Shown: positions 20,827 to 25,618 of the stretch, piece by piece
Layout of the letters: each line of letters begins with the position of its first letter
How positions within the stretch are numbered: position 1 is the first letter of the stretch
Assembly (NCBI GenBank): GCA_013336275.1
Contig: JAAXUA010000004.1
Coordinates: 47,460-111,459, forward strand
DNA from: Candidatus Falkowbacteria bacterium
Lineage (GTDB): Bacteria; Patescibacteriota; Patescibacteriia; Patescibacteriales; GWE2-39-37
Direction: 5' to 3'
Length of the DNA stretch: 64,000 bases
The notes under the pieces: model-generated
The model's database searches: none
Told to the model about the DNA's origin: nothing
Seen by the model: the letters and a program-made list of their open reading frames with translations, nothing else
Program-made: the position numbers and the translations under genes

Positions 20827-21138
20827 CTACCCGGTAAACGACTTCAAGTAAACATCGTACCAATCCGTACCGCTGCCCACGAGCACCTCGGTCCTCGCAC
20901 CGTTCTTCCTAGCTAGGAAGAAAACCTGCTTCGTGTAGTCGAAGCTTGGGACAGGCTCGCAGATCAAGGTGACCTGCTCGCCAACCTGCAATTGGGCAGC
21001 CGCTTTTTTGCTTGTGGTAAAGAAAAACTTACCACCCTGCTCCTTGACCATGTACTCACGGCCTTCATCTTTGGTAATTTCTCCAATCACGACCGTCACT
21101 ACTGCGACAACAATCGAACTGCAATTTTTAATGACCAT
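20827..21138 (-). CDS. hypothetical small protein with an N-terminal hydrophobic segment
   Basis: 103-aa ORF with SSIVVAVVTVVIG. It lies 46 nt upstream of NADAR-like gene 2 on the same strand. Confidence 0.5.
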   Translation of the reverse strand: MVIKNCSSIVVAVVTVVIGEITKDEGREYMVKEQGGKFFFTTSKKAAAQLQVGEQVTLICEPVPSFDYTKQVFFLARKNGARTEVLVGSGTDWYDVYLKSFTG

Positions 21139-21236
21139 GACTCAATCTCCTTTGTGATAGTTATTTTTTACAACTAGCTTAGTTTAAGGAAAATTTGATT
21201 TTATACCATAACACATTACTATTATTTTGTCCATCA

Positions 21237-21425
21237 TGCCCCATTAGGACAGGAGCTCACGCCTCACCAGTCCGCCGTCGCGGGCTGGTTCGTTGCCCTG
21301 GGCAGCGCAGAAGTGATTCCCATCACTTCTGCGGCGCTCGACTGCGATGTTGCTCTGGTGAGCAACATCTTGCTCACTGCTGCCCGCCTGCCTGCCGGTA
21401 GGCAGGTTCGAGTCCCATTCCAAAA
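21237..21425 (+). ncRNA. candidate structured RNA of unknown class (array of perfect hairpins)
   Basis: Four hairpins: 21267-21288 (9 bp), 21306-21333 (12 bp), 21346-21369 (10 bp) and 21391-21406 (6 bp), with a terminator immediately 3'. The only ORFs here are mutually antisense and implausible. Strand is assigned from a single T-G wobble. Confidence 0.3.
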
Positions 21426-21426
21426 T

Positions 21427-21474
21427 CAATAATAAAAAGGAGCACTTCTGACGAAGTGCTCCTTTTTATTATTG
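21427..21474. terminator. perfect 22-bp inverted repeat (loop TGAC) acting as a bidirectional terminator
   Basis: CAATAATAAAAAGGAGCACTTC / GAAGTGCTCCTTTTTATTATTG. The GC-rich inner stem has U-runs in both orientations. Confidence 0.7.
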
Positions 21475-21546
21475 GCTCGGGGATAGGGACTCTCACCGGG
21501 GCGGAAGCCCCACGCCTCACGCATTAGTTTTCTTTCGGCCCTATCC
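21475..21546 (-). other. orphan tRNA-Gln 3'-end fragment embedded in a ~66-nt stem-loop with a GGGGC-TTCC-GCCCC hairpin
   Basis: An 18-nt exact copy of 21591-21608. An 8-bp closing stem pairs 21481-21488 with 21539-21546. The 16-mer at 21498-21513 is identical to 43621-43636. Confidence 0.6.
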
Positions 21547-21558
21547 ACAAACAAAACA

Positions 21559-21584
21559 AAATCAGCCCCAGAAGGGACTGATTT
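21559..21584 (-). terminator. terminator hairpin trailing tRNA-Gln
   Basis: AAATCAG(T)CCC-TTCT-GGG(G)CTGATTT followed by a T-run on the minus strand. Confidence 0.65.
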
Positions 21585-21591
21585 CATTTTG

Positions 21592-21662
21592 CTCGGGGAT
21601 AGGGACTCGAACCCCAATTGACGGGACCAGAACCCGCTGTCCTACCATTAGACGATCCCCGA
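21592..21662 (-). tRNA. tRNA-Gln (anticodon CUG)
   Basis: Hand-folded: acceptor TCGGGGA/TCCCCGA, D arm GTCT-AATGGTA-GGAC, anticodon arm GCGGG-TTCTGGT-CCCGT, T arm TGGGG-TTCGAGT-CCCTA, discriminator G. CCA is not encoded. Confidence 0.85.
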
Positions 21663-21724
21663 ATATATGCATTTTTTCAATACAAAAAGGCGGTTAAGCC
21701 TTGTTTGCTATTGTAACCGAATTA

Positions 21725-22567
21725 CTAGAAATTGTCAATCGCTTCCCTTATCTCTGGCAAAGCTGCAATGGCCGCTTTGGCTCCGGCGCTGATGAAATTA
21801 TCAACCTTGAAGAATTTGAAGCTGGAAACCAGGCCGTTGCCGTTGAGGTCGGGTCTGATCGTTACCACCTTCTGGTGTTCCGTCTGACCATCCCAAACCG
21901 ACTTGTTGCGGATGGTTTCGTATGATTGCATCATGGTAAATATCAAATCCGGCTTCTCTTTCAGCTTGCTTCCCCGCTTCAAAACCAAGTCCACGGCAAT
22001 AACGATATCAGCGCCCCAGGCCAAAGCCTCGGCAATCGGCGTCGGGCTGGCCACTCCGCCATCGACCAGATAATCATCTCCCAATTTGACCGGCGGGAAG
22101 ACCCCTGGTACGGCAATACTCGCCTGGATAGCGTTAGCCAAGTTGCCCTTGTTGATAATGACCGGTTGGCCGTCAGCCAGGTTGGTGGCTATGATCCATA
22201 AAGGAGCCGAAAGGTGGTTGAAATCGTTGCGACCGACCAGTTTCTCGATATAGCGATGGGCTTTCTTACCCTTGAGTAGCGAATACTTAGGAACAGCCAG
22301 ATCGACTATTTCCTTGATGGCCTTGCGCTTGTTAAAGCCACGGGCCTCGGTCTCGAAGTGGTCGAGCCGGCCCAGCAGATGGCAGGCGCCGACGATGGCG
22401 CCCATGCTGGTGGCGACGATGGCATCGATGGTGATGCCTGCGGCCTCGAGCGTCCTCAAGACGCCGACATGGGCCAGGCCGCGAGCGCCGCCGCCGCCCA
22501 AAGCCAAAGCGACCTTCGGCCGCCTGCGAGCACTAATCTTGGTTGTTGCCTCCTCTTTTTTTGCCAT
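21725..22567 (-). CDS. patatin-like phospholipase
   Basis: GGGGARG oxyanion motif and the GxSxG nucleophile motif (ATSMGA), with a later DGG motif. Confidence 0.85.
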   Translation of the reverse strand: MAKKEEATTKISARRRPKVALALGGGGARGLAHVGVLRTLEAAGITIDAIVATSMGAIVGACHLLGRLDHFETEARGFNKRKAIKEIVDLAVPKYSLLKGKKAHRYIEKLVGRNDFNHLSAPLWIIATNLADGQPVIINKGNLANAIQASIAVPGVFPPVKLGDDYLVDGGVASPTPIAEALAWGADIVIAVDLVLKRGSKLKEKPDLIFTMMQSYETIRNKSVWDGQTEHQKVVTIRPDLNGNGLVSSFKFFKVDNFISAGAKAAIAALPEIREAIDNF

Positions 22568-22576
22568 ATCTTATCT

Positions 22577-24178
22577 TTAGCCGACGACCTTGCCGCCGAA
22601 TGCCTTTAATAAATTATCGATCATCTTGTCGTTTTCCGGTTTGGCCGGAGCCTCGGCTGCCGGAGCGGGACTTGGAGCATCAGCTCTGGGTGCGCCCTCA
22701 CCCGCCGTAACTTCTAGCTGCTCATCGATGACCGCTTCGATCGTCAGGCTAGTCGAATAAGTCTCGTGTAGCACCCGCTCCAAAAGCGACTTGATACTCG
22801 GATCCATGATGCGATCCTTGTGGAATTTGTATTTGAAAGCCAGGCACAGCTCGTTGCCGTTGAGACTCTTCGGCTGGCAGACTTTCAGGATGAAAGATAA
22901 TGAATGATTGTAAGTCTTGATGCGGACCAGGAACTCGTTCCATTTAGACAGGATAAGCTCGTAATCGAGATTTCCGGAACTGATCACCTCGCTCTTAGGC
23001 GCTTGGACTTCAGGCGCCGGCGCGGCCTTGGCCGCCGAAGCGGAGCCGCCAACGGACGGAATGGCGATGGCTGCCGGCTGGGCTGGGGCGGTACAGATGC
23101 GGGCGATCATCAGCTCGAGCGGTAATTGGACGATGAAGCTTGATTTGAGTTCTGAAGCCGCCTTGATGCTATGTTCCAGGAAAGCCAGTAATTGTTCTTG
23201 CGTCAAGCCTTTGCTGATCTGACTCAGGCGCATCTCCAGAGCCTCGCCCAATTCCAGGCCGAGCCAGTCGGATAAGGCCGGATTGATTTTCATGAGCATC
23301 AGCTTGCGCAGCATCTCGATGACATCGACCATGAAGACCTTGATATCGACGCCTTCATCTAACAGCTTGTTGACCAAACGGATACCGGAGGCGGCGTCCT
23401 TGTTGGACAGTATCTCGATCAGGCTAGCTACTTCACCGAGGTCGCTCCTCGGGATGACCAGGTCGGCATCGGCCTGTGAAATTTCCTTGCCGCCCAGATT
23501 GACCAGCTGGCCCAAGAGGCTCTCGGCATCGCGCATATGGCCGTCGGCATGTCGGGCGATCGATTCCAGAATGTTCTTCTCAACCTTGATATCTTCCTGA
23601 TTCACGATGTGGGTCAGTTTGCGCACGACTTCACTCAAGCTGATCCGCTTGAAATCGAAGCGCTGGCAACGGGAGATGATGGTGGCCGGCACCTTGTGGA
23701 CTTCGGTCGTGCAAAGGACGAACAGGACGAATTCTGGCGGTTCTTCCAAGGTTTTCAGAAGCGCGTTGAACGCAGCCGTCGAAAGCATATGGACTTCGTC
23801 GATGATGAAGACTTTACGTTTGAACCTCGACGGCGCGACGCGCGCACTGGCAATAATGTTCTCGCGGACGTTGTCGACGCCGGTATGGCTGGCAGCATCG
23901 ATCTCGATCACGTCGAAACTCCGTCCGGCGCTGATCTCGACGCAAGCGTCGCAGACGCCGCACGGTTCGTATTGTTCCGGCTTGCGGTTCAAGCAGTTGG
24001 CTGCCTTGGCCAGTACGCGGGCTAGCGTCGTCTTGCCGACGGCGCGCGGGCCGCAAAAAAGATAGGCATGCGCCAGCTTATCGGCCACCAGCTCATGCTG
24101 CATGATGACCTTGATATGGTTCTGTCCTACTACCTCGGCAAAATTCTGCGGCCGGTACTTGCGGTATAGCGTTGCCAT
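22577..24178 (-). CDS. dnaX: DNA polymerase III subunit gamma/tau
   Basis: 533-aa ORF with MATLYRKYRPQNFAEVVGQ, Walker A GPRAVGKTT, a zinc module CGVCDACVE, Walker B IIDEVHMLS and SRCQRF. Confidence 0.95.
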   Translation of the reverse strand: MATLYRKYRPQNFAEVVGQNHIKVIMQHELVADKLAHAYLFCGPRAVGKTTLARVLAKAANCLNRKPEQYEPCGVCDACVEISAGRSFDVIEIDAASHTGVDNVRENIIASARVAPSRFKRKVFIIDEVHMLSTAAFNALLKTLEEPPEFVLFVLCTTEVHKVPATIISRCQRFDFKRISLSEVVRKLTHIVNQEDIKVEKNILESIARHADGHMRDAESLLGQLVNLGGKEISQADADLVIPRSDLGEVASLIEILSNKDAASGIRLVNKLLDEGVDIKVFMVDVIEMLRKLMLMKINPALSDWLGLELGEALEMRLSQISKGLTQEQLLAFLEHSIKAASELKSSFIVQLPLELMIARICTAPAQPAAIAIPSVGGSASAAKAAPAPEVQAPKSEVISSGNLDYELILSKWNEFLVRIKTYNHSLSFILKVCQPKSLNGNELCLAFKYKFHKDRIMDPSIKSLLERVLHETYSTSLTIEAVIDEQLEVTAGEGAPRADAPSPAPAAEAPAKPENDKMIDNLLKAFGGKVVG

Positions 24179-24211
24179 ATTTTATCAAAAAAATAAATGT
24201 CTCGGATTAAT

Positions 24212-24328
24212 AAAAAAGCCAGAGGCTTTTCGTATGGTCGGGAATCGATGCCCCTTGGCCATAAAAACAGCGCCCATGGCGCATTCGCGATATACCGGTA
24301 TTTTAACGGTAATACCGCCACAAATCAA
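24212..24328 (-). other. promoter-to-terminator unit without an ORF, upstream of dnaX (leader or small RNA)
   Basis: On the minus strand: TTGATT (24328-24323), N17, TAAAAT (24305-24300); hairpins including GCGCC-ATG-GGCGC; then AAAAGCC-TCT-GGCTTTTTT at 24230-24212. Confidence 0.35.
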
Positions 24329-24339
24329 GCTGACCAAGC

Positions 24340-24366
24340 AAAAAGAGCCTTTATCGAGGCTCTTTT
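24340..24366 (-). terminator. intrinsic terminator after the 24383-25015 gene
   Basis: AGAGCCT/AGGCTCT stem followed by a T-run on the minus strand. Confidence 0.7.
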
Positions 24367-24382
24367 GCTAATATTAGTCAAG

Positions 24383-25015
24383 CTATTTTTTGATGATATT
24401 CTCTACGGCCGCCCAGCGGGATTCGCCGTCTTTGGGTACCAGGATGACCACCTCGTCGCCGTCATCGCCCTTGAAGTAAGTGATGCTGGCATTGAGCAGC
24501 CGCCAGGTCTTGCCGTCGACGATGGCCAGGAAGTCGTTCTCCCCTGACCGGCGCAACTGGCCGACCAGGCGCGTCCGTTCGATCGGACCGATCTGCTTGT
24601 AGAGGAACGTACCGTTCTTGGTGATGACCAGCTTCAGCCGGTCGCCTTCGACCAACTTTGATTTTGAGGCATAGTTGGCCGAGACATGATACTCGTGCCC
24701 GTCCGGACCGATCATGTTGACGCCATCGAAGACGCCTTCGATCACATTGCCATCCTCTGCTTCTTGGCTGGTGGCTCGGATGCTTGTAGCCAGAAGGTCC
24801 AGTTGTTCAGTCGAAACGGAACCGTTGTCCAGAAGCTTCAGAAGTTGCTCGCTCGATTCCTTGATATTGGAAAGGAGCTTGCGGATGATGTCGACTTTGT
24901 TCTGATTCAGGGTCAGCTGGCTGTCTTCGGCCGGAGCTGGCTCGTCAGTATCCATTTGTGAAAGTTCTTCAGTGACATCCAAGATTTCTTGGTCTTCAGC
25001 ATTCTGCATGTCCAT
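24383..25015 (-). CDS. hypothetical protein with an acidic N-terminus
   Basis: 210-aa ORF with no recognisable domain. It is the last gene of the minus-strand run headed by the T4SS-like ATPase. Confidence 0.6.
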   Translation of the reverse strand: MDMQNAEDQEILDVTEELSQMDTDEPAPAEDSQLTLNQNKVDIIRKLLSNIKESSEQLLKLLDNGSVSTEQLDLLATSIRATSQEAEDGNVIEGVFDGVNMIGPDGHEYHVSANYASKSKLVEGDRLKLVITKNGTFLYKQIGPIERTRLVGQLRRSGENDFLAIVDGKTWRLLNASITYFKGDDGDEVVILVPKDGESRWAAVENIIKK

Positions 25016-25105
25016 AGTTTTTGCTTTTATTTTTAGGTTTTGTTATGTTAGCGAATTTTATTTTTTTTGTAAACATCGCCCGGGACCCCAAAATCACGAA
25101 AGCGG

Positions 25106-25552
25106 CTAGACTTTAGCCGCTATCTTGGTTTTCTTGACCAGAGTGACCCCGGCTTTGGCTTTCCGGGCAATCTCTCGTTCAAGTATCTTGCTGATGCGAT
25201 CGACGACCTGGGTCGGCGTAAAGTCGGCTTTGACCAGATAATCAGCGGTGCCGATATCGAAAAGCGCTTTTTTGTCCTGTTCATTGGAAAGGTTGGTCAG
25301 GCTGATGACCGGGACATGCATGGTTTCCGGGTTGCTTTTGATCTTCTTCAAAAGATAGAAGCCGTCCCCTCCGGCCATAACCACATCAGACAAGACCAGG
25401 TCGGGCATATTTTCCAAAACCAAATCGAAACCATCCTTGCCGTTATGGGCGGTATGGACCTCGTAACCCTCGAGGCGCAGTTTTTCGCCGTAAAGGTCTA
25501 CCAGCCATTTGTCATCATCGGCCAAAACGATGACCTTTTTGCTTCTTTTCAT
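25106..25552 (-). CDS. single-domain response regulator (CheY-like receiver)
   Basis: VLADDD acidic pocket, phospho-acceptor context DLVLSDVVMAGGDG, and a conserved T (ISLTN) and K (YLVKAD). Confidence 0.85.
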   Translation of the reverse strand: MKRSKKVIVLADDDKWLVDLYGEKLRLEGYEVHTAHNGKDGFDLVLENMPDLVLSDVVMAGGDGFYLLKKIKSNPETMHVPVISLTNLSNEQDKKALFDIGTADYLVKADFTPTQVVDRISKILEREIARKAKAGVTLVKKTKIAAKV

Positions 25553-25618
25553 ATTTTTTTCGATTTAGCTTTGATAGCTGTATTATAACAAATTTTGCGT
25601 TTCCGGGCAAAGGGATGG

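Noticed and set aside
21405-21423. A plus-strand tRNA ending at GGTTCGAGTCCCATTCCA.
   Set aside because: The 5' T-stem strand (GCAGG) does not pair with CCCAT. No complementary acceptor strand (TTTTGGA or GGAATGG) exists upstream, and no D or anticodon arm can be drawn. It is a fragment, not a gene.
21195-21429. The track ORFs at 21195-21401 (plus strand, 68 aa) and 21244-21429 (minus strand, 61 aa) as protein-coding genes.
   Set aside because: They are antisense to each other and lie entirely within the hairpin array. They lack a Shine-Dalgarno and are Arg/Cys/Gly-rich, as expected from translating GC-rich stems.
21475-21492. Treating the CCA that follows the orphan tRNA-Gln fragment as proof of retro-copying from a mature tRNA.
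   Set aside because: It differs from the genomic trailer (CAA) by one base only. The tRNA-Lys orphan copy has CAA like its parent gene, so the evidence is too thin. It is mentioned only as an observation.
24190-24335. Calling the structured spacer upstream of dnaX an SRP RNA (ffs) on positional grounds.
   Set aside because: I could not find the domain IV hallmarks: a GNRA (GGAA) tetraloop closed by a G-C-rich helix, with AGCA/GGA asymmetric loops. It is kept only as an unclassified candidate.
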